In this document: piece after piece, positions 25,388 through 37,674 of the stretch
How positions within the stretch are numbered: the first letter of the stretch is position 1
How the letters are laid out: the number at the start of each line of letters is the position of its first letter
NCBI GenBank assembly: GCA_964252035.1
Contig: OZ176216.1
Length of the DNA stretch: 64,000 bases
Source of the DNA: Podarcis erhardii
Lineage: Eukaryota
Strand: one strand, 5' to 3'
Notes under the pieces: model-generated
Databases searched by the model: none
What the model was told of the DNA's origin: nothing
What the model saw: only the letters and a program-made list of their open reading frames with translations
Translations under genes and position numbers: made by a program

Positions 25388-25590
25388 TGGGTTAGAGTGT
25401 TGGACTGTGACCTGGGAGACCGCACTCAGCTGTGAAGCTCACTGGGTGACCTTGAGCTAAATACCATTTCTCAGCCTAACCTACCTCACAGGGTTGTTGT
25501 GAGGATAACATGGGTAGCAGAGAAGAACCAAGTACACCATCTTGAGCTTCTTGAAAGAAAAGGTGGTATATAAATTGTAATAAAAAAATA
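25388..25590 (+). mobile_element. CORE/MIR-like SINE
   Basis: CACTGGGTGACCTTGAGC...CTCAGCCTAACCTACCTCACAGGGTTGTTGTGAGGATAA core with an A-rich tail. Related fragments lie near 7430-7540 and 49170-49390. Confidence 0.65.
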
Positions 25591-26160
25591 AATCTGCTTT
25601 CAGATAAAGGGCTTCATTCCCAGATGCATGGGTAGCCTGCGGGACACAGAAGTATTTGGGTAGGGTGTGGAACAGGTAAGCCTGGGTGAAAATGGATGCA
25701 AGGCTGCAAGGCAGGAGAAAGAATGGAAGACCAACATGTGTTCTTATATGGTACATGTATATATCACTTCTGCACCATCTTAGAAGAGGTTGTCTCTCTT
25801 CACTGCACACAGTGGTCAAATAAGTGTGGGTACCTTTTTAGCTTCAGTCCTAATTCAGTAGGACTTCAGTGTAGACATGGTGAGTTTTGCAGTATAAGTT
25901 ACTTTCAGTGGCTTTAGAATGATGAATCTAACTGAAGAACTGTTTAAAGACTGTAGCTCTACTAAAGGAGAATGAGGGCAACTCCACAGAGTTTGATATA
26001 CTCTGCTTTTCTTGCACCTACACCAGTGGGGGCAGGGAGAGAGATTGTCATGTATATTTTTGCTGGGCTGTTCTTGTAAAAGGTCTGTTCATTCACATGT
26101 TTGGTAGTATTTGATATATGTACAGAATATCTGGTACACAACTTTTCCTTTTTTGTGCAG

Positions 26161-26320
26161 GTCCAGCAAATCTCTCCTCCTCTTCCAACACAAGTAGCAA
26201 GCGATATCAAGTTTGAGGTTGGAGATCTGGTCTGGTCCAAAGTGGGAACATATCCTTGGTGGCCTTGCATGGTTTCAAGTGATCCACAACTTGAGGTTCA
26301 TACCAAAATTAACACAAGAG
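26161..26320 (+). CDS. NSD3: NSD3 exon 4 (PWWP1 N-terminal half)
   Basis: [40 protein letters not shown] and GTAAGT junctions, 160 nt, ends in phase 1. Confidence 0.97.
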
Positions 26321-26864
26321 GTAAGTAGCTAAAACATAGTAGGTTTGTTAGAAACTTGTTTGGAATTGCTAATGCACTTGATTACTTCGTTAGGGCTTCT
26401 CTTAAACTCAGATTTAAAAATGTATAGGTTGTTTTCAGTGCTAGTCCTACTCAGAGTAGACATGTTGAAATTTACACACATGGGGCTTCTCTGAGTGGAA
26501 GTTAGTGTTACACAAACCCAGGAGGATTTGAGTAGCATATCTGAATGATTGCCTTATTGTTCTAGTGGTACTGCAATAAAACTGCTAGCCCATGTTCAAA
26601 GCTATGGAGGGTCTTGTATGCTTTCAAATTGGATGGGGGACCTCAGATGGGCTGAGATTCTTGCATTGCAGGGGGCTGGACTAGATGACCCTCAAGGTCC
26701 CTTCCAGCTCTACAATTTGATGATTCTATTGGCTGTATAGGAATGAGATTGGCTGCAGATGATGCAAAGAATATGATAATACATTAGTGATAATTATTAA
26801 TTAGACATGCATGCCTGTAGTATATTGCTGAGATCACTTTATATACATTGTCTTAGTATTTAAG

Positions 26865-27080
26865 TACAGTGGTACCTCGGGTTAAGAACTTAATTCATTC
26901 TGGAGGTCGGTTCTTAACCTGAAACTGTTCTTAACCTGAAGCACCACTTTAGCTAATGGGGCCTCCCACTGCCACGAGATTTGTGTTCTCATCCTGAAGC
27001 AAAGTTCTTAACCCAAGGTACTATTTCTGGGTTAGCAGAGTCTGTAACCTGAAGCGTATGTAACCCGAGGTACCACTGTA
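26865..27080. mobile_element. Tc1/mariner-type MITE, family A (orientation A)
   Basis: TA-flanked TIRs CAGTGGTACCTCGGGTTA...TAACCCGAGGTACCACTG. Confidence 0.88.
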
Positions 27081-28106
27081 TATTTATAGCCTACATTTCT
27101 TCCATTTATGGAACTCAGGGTGGCATATGTGGGGCTTAATCACCATCTGTTTATTTGCTACTTCTCCACAAAATTGTGCTTGTAGCATATCAAATGAACA
27201 ATACAACAATTCAGAAACATATTAGAAACAATTCAGATTTATCATAATAAGTACAAAAAGTCAGTCCCTATAACAATATATAAAAGCAACACAAATAAGC
27301 TAATCCAATTTAAAAGCTTGAACTAAAAAATTGCATAAAACAAACAAAAAAAGCAAGCCTAATTAAATAACTTAAACTTAGCAGAACAATCTTAAACAGA
27401 ACAAAAATCGAATAGTAGCATATAAAGTATCCTGTATTTCAGATGGTGCCTTTGTATCCAGTTGTTTGCTTCCCAGACTCAATTTTCAAACCCCGAAGGT
27501 CTCCATCACATCTCACACCTGGGCTAGTGCTGGCATTCCCAGCCAGGCTCTCATTCAGAAGGGCATTTTGCCCACCCATTATTGTGGGCTCTCACCCCTC
27601 ACAGTTCCCCATAAATTTCCTTCCACAGTCTCCTATGGCTGAGGGTCATAAACAAGGTCTCGTGAAGTGGCACCTTTGCACCTGTGGTTGCCCCCAAGCT
27701 GGTGAATTCAGGAAGTCTCCTATCCAGGCGTCAGCTGCACTCTAAGCTGCTTAGCTTCAGCAAGGTGGCTGCTTCATGAGTTTTCAGACCACGCAGGACT
27801 AGTTTTTGCATGTAGCACAGTAAAGACAACTGCACAAAGTGGGGATGGGCAACTTGTAGCCTCTGAAGCTGTGGCTCCTGAGGTCTTTCCAAATTTTAGA
27901 TGATAGAAGGATTGCACACCATTCCATTAGGAGAGGGGTAGGAGGGTGGAATTGACAAATATCCTGCACTTTATTGTAGCTTTCTTAGATTTCATATGCA
28001 ACTGATACTACTGTGCAATTTTCTTCCTGAGCTACATAACTGTGAAGCTCTTAAAGCCAGGAGGTGCCAACTTTGTTATGGACCCTGGCCTATTTGTGAG
28101 GGGATT

Positions 28107-31100
28107 AAAGACCTGCTCCGACCATAATGCACTGAAAATGGACATGACATTATTACCAACCGGTTCCTTTAGATGGAAGATGAATGACAATTTGTTTAGA
28201 GATCAGGAGATCATTAAGAAGGCCCAAAAAGTTTTGAAGGACTACTTTGAGATAAACATGAACACTACGGTGGAAAAAAGAATCATTTGGGACGCAAGTA
28301 AAGCCGTGATGAGGGGGTTCTTGATACAACAGAATGCTGTAAAGAAAAGAACACAAAATGAGAGGAAAGATAAGATCTTGGAGAAAATTAAAGAGTTAGA
28401 GAAGAAGTTAAGATTAAATCCGAAGTCACAGCCGATTCTGAGAGAAATTAAACTCCATCAGGCACAATATTCTAAACTGATAAATCAGGAAATAGAGTGG
28501 AAGATTAAATTAATGAAACAAAAAACGTTTGAATCGGCAAACAAATGTGGGAAACTGCTGGCTTGGCAGTTGAAGAAGAGACAAAAGTTAAATATAGTCA
28601 CAAACCTGGAAATTGAAGGAAGAAACATTCAGAACCCCGTGGAGATTAGAAAGTGTTTTCAGAAATATTTCAAAAAATTATACACTCAAGGGCCGCAGGA
28701 TGAGGTTGAGATTAAACAATTTTTGGGGAAAAAAAGGACTTAAAAAACTGTCACAAGAAAATAGATCACTCCTGAACAGTAAAATAACACAACAAGAGAT
28801 CGAACAAGCCATTCAGAACATGAAATTGGGCAAATCTCCAGGGCCAGATGGCCTGACCTCCAAGTATTATAAGACATTAAGAGACTATTTGATACAACCA
28901 TTGATGGAGGTCAGTAATGAAATTATGGAGGGAAAGAAGGCGCCGGAATCGTGGAAAGAAGCTTTCATCACATTGATACCAAAATCAGAAACTGAAAAGA
29001 CACAACTCAAGAACTATAGTCCCATCTCCCTTTTAAATGCGGATTACAAAATATTTGCTGACGTTTTGGCAAACAGACTAAATGAAGTAATACATAAAGA
29101 TCAGGCAGGCTTTCTCCCAGGTAGACACATGTTTGCTAACACAAGGAACATTATTAACATTTTAGAACTTTTGCAAACAGACATAAATACAAAAGCAGTG
29201 TTAATTTTTATAGATGTGGAGAAGGCCTTTGATAATATCTCTTGGAAATTTATGAAGGGAAATTTAAAAGAAATGGGAGTGGGACGGGGTTTTGAGAATG
29301 GGATTGATGCAATATATTCAGAACAAAAGGCAAAACTGATAGTTAATAATGTGGTTACAGAAGAGTTTAAAATTGAAAAAGGAACACGACAAGGCTGCCC
29401 GATTTCCCCTCTGTTATTTATTTCGGTTCTGGAGGTGCTCTTGAATATGATCAGAGGGGACCGGTTGGTGCAAGGGATTCAGGTCGGAGCGAAACAATAT
29501 AAACTCAAAGCTTTCGCAGATGACCTAGTTTTGACTCTGCAGGAGCCAGAATCTAGTACGAAAAGAGTATTACAACTGATTCAAGATTTTGGTCGGGTGG
29601 CGGGATTTAAACTAAATAAACAGAAAACTAAGGTGCTGGGAAAAAACTTGACAGACACAGAGTCAGAACGGTTTCAGAGAGAAACAGAATTAACTATGGT
29701 AAAAAAAGTAAAGTACCTAGGGTTAAACATAACAGCAAAAAATCTGAGTCTATTTAAGGATAATTATGAAAAATGTTGGTCTGAAATTAAGAGAGACTTG
29801 GATAGTTGGACAAAATTGAAGCTTTCTTTGTTAGGCCGAATTGCTGCTATTAAGATGAATGTATTGCCAAGGATGTTGTTTTTGTTTCAAACATTGCAAG
29901 TTGTGGACAAGACGGAGTGCTTCCGGAAGTGGCAGAGAGATATTTCTAAATTTGTCTGGCAGGGCAAAAAGCCCAGAATTAAGTTTAAGATATTAACTGA
30001 TGCGAAAGAAAGAGGGGGCTTTGCCCTGCCAGACTTAAAGCTGTACTATGAAGCCGCAGCTTTCTGCTGGCTAAAAGACTGGCTACTTCTCGAAGACACT
30101 GATGTGTTGGATTTGGAAGGTTTTAACAGTGCTTTTGGTTGGCATGCATACTTATGGTATGACAAAGTTAAGATCAATAAGGCCTTTAAGAACCATATTG
30201 TCAGGAAAGCAGTATTTAATGTCTGGACAAAATACAAAGACTTATTGGAAAACAAAACTCCGAGGTGGCTTTCCCCTCTGGAAGCTAAGGCCCGAAAAAG
30301 ACCCAATATGGAGGCCAAATGGCCAAAATATTGGGAAATATTAGAAAAAGATGGAGACAATTGGAAATTGCAGAGTTTGGAGAAAATGAAGGATAAAGTG
30401 CGAGACTGGTTACATTACGCCCAGATTAAAGAAGTTTTTAAAAATGACAAAAAATTAGGGTTCCAGGTGGAGAAATCGAAGTTGGAAACAGAATTGTTAG
30501 AACCAAAGACTAAGGTATTATCAAGAATGTATAACTTGCTGTTAAAATGGAACACACAAGACAAAATGGTTAAATCGGTTATGATAAAGTGGGCACAGGA
30601 CATTGGGCATAACATTATGTTTGAGGACTGGGAAAGGTTGTGGACCATTGGGCTGAACTTCACTGCATGTAATGCTTTGAAGGAAAATGTAATGAAAATG
30701 ATATACAGATGGTACATGACCCCAGTTAAACTTGCCAAAATATACCATTCGTCTGATAATAAATGTTGGAAATGTAAAGGAAATGAAGGAACATTCTTTC
30801 ACCTCTGGTGGACTTGCCCTAAAGTGAAGGCCTTCTGGGAAATGATATATAATGAGTTGAAAAAGGTATTTAAGTATACCTTCACTAAGAAACCAGAGGC
30901 CTTCCTCCTGGGTATTGTCGGCCAGAAGGTGTTAAAGAAGGACCGAACATTTTTTATGTATGCAACAACGGCAGCAAGGATACTCATCGCCAAGAACTGG
31001 AAAACTCAAGATCTACCCACACTGGAAGAGTGGTAGATGCAGCTGATAGACTATATGCAACTGGCGGAGATGACTGGCAGAATCCGAGACCTGGGAGAAG

Positions 31101-31458
31101 AAAGGATTGAAGAAGATTGGAAGAAATTTAAGACTTATTTACAAAAATATTGTAATTTGGTTGAATGTTAAGAAGGATGCTTGATCATAAATAACTGGCC
31201 ACCACTAAATTAGACTGGAATTTGATGATAGATTAAGGAAAACATAAACCTTTTGGAGAATTATTAGATTATATTTAAATGATTGGATATAAGATTGCAA
31301 ATAAGTTGATAATTTGCTTGAAAAACTTTCCAACGATGTAAGTGGGAGCAGAAGACGTGAGGAAGTCCAAAGAAGTTATGAAATTATGTTATGATATAAC
31401 CAATGTTGTTTATTATCTGTGCATTTCTTTTATAAAAAAAAACCTTAATAAATATTTA
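28107..31458 (+). mobile_element. L1-clade LINE, 5'-truncated ORF2 (end of APE endonuclease, RT, CCHC knuckle, 3'UTR) with 16-bp TSD
   Basis: Motifs SDHNAL, GKSPGPDG, YSPISLLNADYKIF, GTRQGCPISP, AFADDL, KYLG and CWKC...HLWWTC. One frameshift at the A7 run (28729-28735), a premature TAG at 31034-31036, and a likely true stop TAA at 31169-31171. TATTTGTGAGGGGATT occurs at 28091-28106 and 31459-31474. Confidence 0.92.
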
Positions 31459-32703
31459 TATTTGTGAGGGGATTGATTTGGTGATATCTGACTTAAAGCA
31501 TATTCCAGTTTTAGGCATGCTATGGCCTGGCTATTGCATTTTAAAAGCCCAAATATACTTACCTTTCTTGCCACAACTCAAAGTTGGATCAGTATTATTT
31601 TTCACAAATTGTAGACTGAAGACCTGTGACTGAAAGTAAGTGGTTTGCTTTTCCTTGGATCCAGGGGAGTTGAAGGATCTCACAGATCATTCCCTGAAGG
31701 CTCACTTTTTGATGGACATGTTGGTTATGTAAATCATACTAGTTTCTGGATACCACGGGAGGGGGAAAGGGCTCTTGTGCTTTAATTCTGCTTGCTGGTT
31801 TCCTACAGGCAAACTGTTCAGCTACTGTGAGAACAGGATGCTGGACTAGATGGGCTATTGGCCTGATCCAGCAAGGTATTCTTACATGTTCTTAACAGTC
31901 GTGGGGAAGCCTAAGAAGCTTCTAAAATTAACCTCTCTGAAGCAGCTATTTGCATTTCAAGGATGGACCCCTTTGGCACTGATGTGATCTTCCTTTGAAG
32001 TAAAAAAGCAGTTTCAACATCCCTTCCCTACCACCAACCTCATGTCCCAAGACGTAAGATTTTTCTGTGGCTGTCCACACAATGAAAATACACGTTGATA
32101 ACATTCACATACCATAATTAATGTTGTGTCAAGTTTGGCCCACAAGAGAAATTCTGTCAAGACACTTTGTCAGGAGTTAAGGAGAGGAAGAGGGGATGGG
32201 GTGTTTGGTAGCTTCTCCCTGCCCACCCCTTGTTGCCCAGCAACTTAACGGCCTTGGCTTTCCTTGGCTGTTGCTGGGTTTTACCTTCTGCAAATCCCAT
32301 GAGAAGTAGGAGGTGGAGAAGGCTGAAAACAGCTGGCCCTTATCAGGCTGATTGGCCCACAGGCTGATAAGCGATGTACTGCCAAGGTCTCTTCTCTGGT
32401 GAAGTGCTGTCTGGACATTTGCCAGGATGCCAGGAAAGCAAGAGCTGAGGGCTTCCACCTGGCCCCTCCCATAGCCCCGCAACACACTGGCCTTGGTTGT
32501 TGCTGGAGTTCACCTGATGCAGTCTCTGAGAGAGTGGGCTGCTCTTGAGTCATGCTGGGGGTATACTTCCAGCTTGGCCTCTCACCAACTATCCATTATT
32601 TTCTGTGCTGCTTAAAAAATGGTGTGGAGGATATTTTTCTAGAAAGTGATGGGAGATTTGTGTTGATGGAATTTCTCAGCAGAATGCTTTCTTTCAATTT
32701 CAG

Positions 32704-32855
32704 GTGCACGGGAATATCATGTCCAGTTCTTTAGCAACCAGCCTGAGAGAGCATGGGTGCATGAGAAGCGGGTGCGAGAGTACAAAGGACGTAAGCAGTA
32801 TGATCAGTTGGTGGCAGAGGCTGCTAAGCAAGCCAACCACTCTGAAAAACAGAAG
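32704..32855 (+). CDS. NSD3: NSD3 exon 5 (PWWP1 C-terminal half)
   Basis: GAREYHVQFFSNQPERAWVHEKRVREYKGRKQYDQLVAEAAKQANHSEKQK. 152 nt, phase 1 to 0. Confidence 0.96.
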
Positions 32856-33775
32856 GTGTGTACAGTCTGAAATGACAACAGTTTATTTTACCAGCGGGGT
32901 GAGAGGATCATTGTTGGGACAGATTCAGATTGATGTTGTTTTCCTGTTTATGCCTTGGCAGCCAGTTTTTTTTACAGGGCTTGCAAATTGCTCCATGGCC
33001 TTGCTGTCTCAGGGAAGAAGAGCCAGGAATAGTGCCAGCAGCCCTTAAGGCAAAGGAAATAGGAAGACATGGATATGGTGATGGTCAGCCCTGGCTCACC
33101 TGGTCTCCAGCCCTACATCAGCTGTGGCTCAACATACATAGTTTGCCATTTGTATTGTATTACATACAAAATACCATTAAAAAATCTACAACATTTGCTG
33201 TTTCCTTTAAAGTTAATTTTACTGGTGCTCATTCCATATGTAGCTTTTTAAAAATTAAAAGCCATACGGATGCACCTTCCATCTGTCTGCTTGAGTAATT
33301 CCATAATAATTTAATGAAGGCAGTTGTGATTTGGGTATGTCAGGGAGGAGATTTAGCAGAATGGTGTGGGGATGGTTTAAAGGTACAGCCTAGATTCAGC
33401 CTTCCCAGACTATTCCTTAAACTTAAGTTTTGAAAACTCATGCTGCCTACTCTATTCAGCAGCAACACTGACTTATAGTTTTATCTAATATATTGATGTG
33501 CATATGTTTCCAATCAGGGATATTATCAAAAGTATAGGGAGTTCTGGGTACTTGGGTCAGTCCACTAGTATGAGAGGGGCACAATGGGTATTTTGAGGTC
33601 TGAATACTTTAGATGCTTGTAGTGCATTTTGAACATTTCCTTCTAATGTTTCCCACTTCGTGCTATACTCTTAGCACTGACGGATTCAGTCGTAACAAAG
33701 AAAACAACAGCAATTAGGCATGCTTTGTAGGTGAAAATGAGTAAATGCAATAACCCTATCTCCTTTATTTTAAAG

Positions 33776-34288
33776 ATTCGGAAACCAAGGCCACAGAGAG
33801 AACGTGCACAATGGGATATTGGCATTGCTCATGCTGAGGAAGCACTGAAAATGACTCGAGAAGAGAGGACTGAGCAATATACCTTCATCTATATAGATAA
33901 AGAGCCAGAAGAGGCTTTGTCGAAAGCCAAGAGGACTGGTGTGCCGAAGACAGAGGTGAAGAAAACCCGTAGGTCTAAACCATCGCCTAATGCACAGCCA
34001 GAACACACCAGTGAGGTGTTGGCCGTGTCCTCTCCATCCAATACTGAAGTCCAGAGGAATAGTCAGAGAAGGCAGTCAAGTGTGGATGAAGAGCCCCCTC
34101 CTGTTAAAATAGCATGGAAAACGGCTGCAGCCAGAAAATCCTTGCCAGCATCCATCACCATGCACCAGGGAACTTTGGACCTTCAGAAATGTAATATGTC
34201 TCCAGTTGTTAAAATTGAACAAGTGTTTGCTCTACAGAATGCTGCTGGGAATGGAAAGTTCATTGATCAGTTTGTTTACTCTACCAAG
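33776..34288 (+). CDS. NSD3: NSD3 exon 6 (513 nt)
   Basis: IRKPRPQRERAQWDIGIAHAE...PPPVKIAWKTAAARKSLPASITMH...GKFIDQFVYSTK. AAG acceptor, GTAACG donor. Confidence 0.96.
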
Positions 34289-35154
34289 GTAACGGCATAA
34301 ATATTTATTGAAAGGGCATAAATGTGCAATGAATTAAAAGGTTTATTCTTGTCTGCTCACTTTTGTCTCAGAATGTGGTCTTTGCAAGCTTGTGTAAAAT
34401 ATTTGGGTGAATTCTTTAGTCTTAAAATGTTGGGAGTTTCATTATCCCATGCTTGCTAAGCCAGATTTCTGGACTGAAATGTAATGTGAAATCAGGTACC
34501 TTTTGTGAGAGTTGTTCAGTTTGAGCTAGCAGGTGATGCCCAGAAAATCAGCAGCTCTTCTTCCACACCCAATTGTAAATGTTAATCAAAATAACATCAT
34601 CATTGTCATCATCTCTTATACATGTGCAGTATTCTACTGCTATCAGTCCCTGTAAAACACTGCCAGCAGCGCACAAAAACAAAAAACCCCAAAGCAGTAT
34701 ATGCTTGTGGTCTTCAGCAAAACAAGAAGTCTGTGACCCAATCCTTCCTAGTTTCAGAAAATCAAGATAATTTAAATTAATTTTCTGTAATGATATTTAA
34801 ATTGCTTGTTTACTGTTATATTACAGTCTTAAATCAAACAAGCATTTAGACTGCTTTGGGTTAGCTTGTGTCTTTGCTTTGTAACTAACAAGTAGGTGTT
34901 CACAAATTATAGATGATCTTGCTAGTTCGGCAAAGATTGTACTTTTCTCTGACTTCCCTCCTCCCAACTTTGAAAGCAGCAGGATTTTATCCCTGAAATT
35001 GTGCTAATTTTGTTTTGTCGGATTAGAAAGTTTATTCACTGCTGTCAAGCTAATAAAGTGAATTTGTTGACTCCTGATGATTAGTTAGAGAGAGATGGCA
35101 TAGCAATAGATTTTCTTAATTTCATTTCATTTGATTTCATTCGATTTGTGTGAA

Positions 35155-35290
35155 GGATAGCTCCATTGGTAAAGCTTGTGACTCTTAGTCTAAGGGTCAT
35201 GGGTTTGAGCCCCATGTTGAGCAAAAAGATTCTTGCATTGCAGGGGGTTGGGCTAGATTACCGTTGTGGTCCCTTCCAGCTCTATGATTC
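35155..35290 (+). mobile_element. tRNA-derived SINE with CR1-like tail (Squam3-like)
   Basis: GGATAGCTCCATTGGTAAAGC...GGGTTTGAGCCCC head, then TTGCATTGCAGGGGGTTGG...CCCTTCCAGCTCTATGATTCT tail. Confidence 0.6.
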
Positions 35291-36475
35291 TGCCATTCTG
35301 GGACTGCAGGTTGTCATTAGGTGTTGGTAAACAATGGCCCACTTCAGACATCATTAATTCAAATCAGCCAAGCCATGGTTTTAGAGACTGATGAACATGC
35401 TAGTATTTTTCTCTTTCACTTGCTTTCCTTCTTTTATCATAGTTTGCCATGGCATCTGAAGTGGCCAAGTATGGTTAGCAACTTGCTTTACATATTATGA
35501 CTTGCACATTCACTTCAAACCATAATTTTAAACAATGGTTTGGAAGCAAGGTGTTAACTATATGTACCAATTTTGACATCACAGGGAGCTTTGGTTAGGG
35601 AAGTGGAGGAGGAACTTGCATGTGAGAGGAAAGGGGAGTGCATGAAGCTATAGTTCATAATTCATCCCTACGTTTGTGACATCTGAACTGGGCCTGTGTG
35701 GCAAAGTGGATGTTCACTACATTGCTTAAAAATGTAACATGTTTGGCTCTTGACTTCCTCTGCACAAAGGCATCCGTTGAATATTGGGTGCTAAGAACCG
35801 AACCCTGTGTGTGTGTGTGTTTTCCAGAGGAATTTGATTGGCATTGAACATATACTGGAAATAATATATTTGGTCTCTTATTGCAAGGCAGTTATTATGG
35901 GCCTAGCTCTCACAAGCAGCAGGTGAGAAAGTAAACTTGTGGGGGTACTCTGCCCAGTCTCCTTTAAAAAAAACAAAACAAAAAGCTCTTCTCACTTCAC
36001 ATCATCACACTTTCTGATGTTTCCTGTTCATACTCCCAGCCTAGCCTCCTAGGATGAATGCTAAAAGTCAGGTCAGGAAAACTGTGAAGTCTGTGAGACG
36101 CTTGGCAGCACCAGTAGCATGCATTACCCCCCCCCCCCACACACACACTTAGTTTGTGTGCAGTGCCAGCTTCTGGGACTGAAACTATTCTGAGGATTAG
36201 AATCTTGCACAAACTGTCTAGCTGTTGGCTGTTTGAGAAAGCAGAGTTGCTGGACATCCCACTTCCCTCACTATTTTTTTGGAAAAGCCTTGGCATTCTC
36301 TACCCTTAGCACAGTTCTGCGGCATATAGGATTATTCTCCCACTTTGGAGGCATTCAGTTTAAATAGAAAGTTTATAACTGAGCAGTTGAAAGTGTTTTT
36401 TTTTTCATAGATGCAGCAGTTAACCCAAAGGACTAATTCAGTAGTTACTAACTCGATCTTTTCTATTCATAACAG

Positions 36476-36602
36476 GGTTTAGGAAACAAACCTGAAATAA
36501 TCATCAAGGGGCAAGACAAACTCACTTCTGTCTCAAACCAGCGAAATGAAAGAGCCTCCTCACAAAGTGCACCGTCTCCCGAAACATCTTCTGGGTTGGC
36601 AA
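36476..36602 (+). CDS. NSD3: NSD3 exon 7 (127 nt)
   Basis: GLGNKPEIIIKGQDKLTSVSNQRNERASSQSAPSPETSSGLA resembles human GIGNKTEISVRGQDRL. Only the donor at 36603 (GTAGGT) keeps frame with exon 8. Confidence 0.88.
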
Positions 36603-36983
36603 GTAGGTAAAGTTTGCAACTCCTGGGTTATATCCAGTAAATCAAACCACCTCCATTGGGGTAGTCTTCAGAATACAGCAGTCAGAAGTATCACTTTACT
36701 ATGTAAAACTGGCTAATGCATTATGCAAAGCTTCATTGAAAAATTATTTTGGGGTGGTGGGCTGTGAGGTCGTTATGCTGCAGCAGTTTAAGCAATGCAG
36801 GAATTCTCATTTTAGTCATAAACTCTTAAACTTACAGAACACAGAAAACTGACAGAAACATTTTGTTACATCTTTGTCTCTTAGAGACTGATAATCTTAC
36901 TCAAGACTTCCCCATTTTTACATACACAACATCCCCGTGAGGTAGCAGGGGAATTCATAGGGGGAAGCCATAGTATTATGTTG

Positions 36984-37271
36984 TACAGTGGTGCCCCGCA
37001 AGACGGGAAACTCGCTAGACGAAAGAGTTTTCCGTTTTGGAGGTGCTTCGCAAAACGAATTTCCTATGGGCTTGCTTTGCAAGACAAAAATGTCTTGCGA
37101 GTTCCTGCGGGTTTTTTCCCTTCCCCCCCTTTTTCTAAGCCGATAAGCCGCTAAACCGCTAATAGCGCTAATCCGCTAAGCCGTCAATGGGCTTGCTTCG
37201 CAAGACGAAAAAACCGCTAGACGAAGAGACTCGTGGAACGGATTCTTTTCGTCTTGCGAGGCACCACTGTA
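36984..37271. mobile_element. Tc1/mariner-type MITE (third family)
   Basis: TA-flanked TIRs CAGTGGTGCCCCGCAAGACG...CGTCTTGCGAGGCACCACTG. Confidence 0.85.
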
Positions 37272-37426
37272 GTTGTTTTGATGTTTTGTTGTGCTTTTAA
37301 TTCTGTTGGGAGCCGCCCAGAGTGGCTGGGGAAACCCAACCAGATGGGCAGGCTATAAATAAGTTTTTGTTGTTGTTACGACAGCAATGTGTCTTGCAGC
37401 ATCTTAAATACAAACTGATTTCTGGG

Positions 37427-37674
37427 TACAGTGGACCCTCCGGATACAAACTTAATTCATCCCAGGAGTCCGTGCACAACCTGAAAAGTCCACAACAAGA
37501 GGCGCCGCTTCTGTGCATGCGCACGGCACGATACAGCGCTTCTGCGCACGGTGCGATAGAGCATTTCTGCGCATGGGCGAAGCACACAGAGCATTTCTGT
37601 ACATGCGTACGTGGCGAAACCTGGAAATATACACTTCCGTGTTTGCCGTATTCGTAACCCAAGGTACCACTGTA
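37427..37674. mobile_element. Tc1/mariner-type MITE
   Basis: TA-flanked imperfect TIRs CAGTGGACCCTCCGGATAC...GTAACCCAAGGTACCACTG. Confidence 0.75.

Noticed and set aside
27690-27810. 5S-rRNA-like segment (GTCTCCTATCCAGG...CTGCTTAGCTTC) on the minus strand
   Set aside because: Too short and diverged for a 5S gene; more likely an old SINE fragment.
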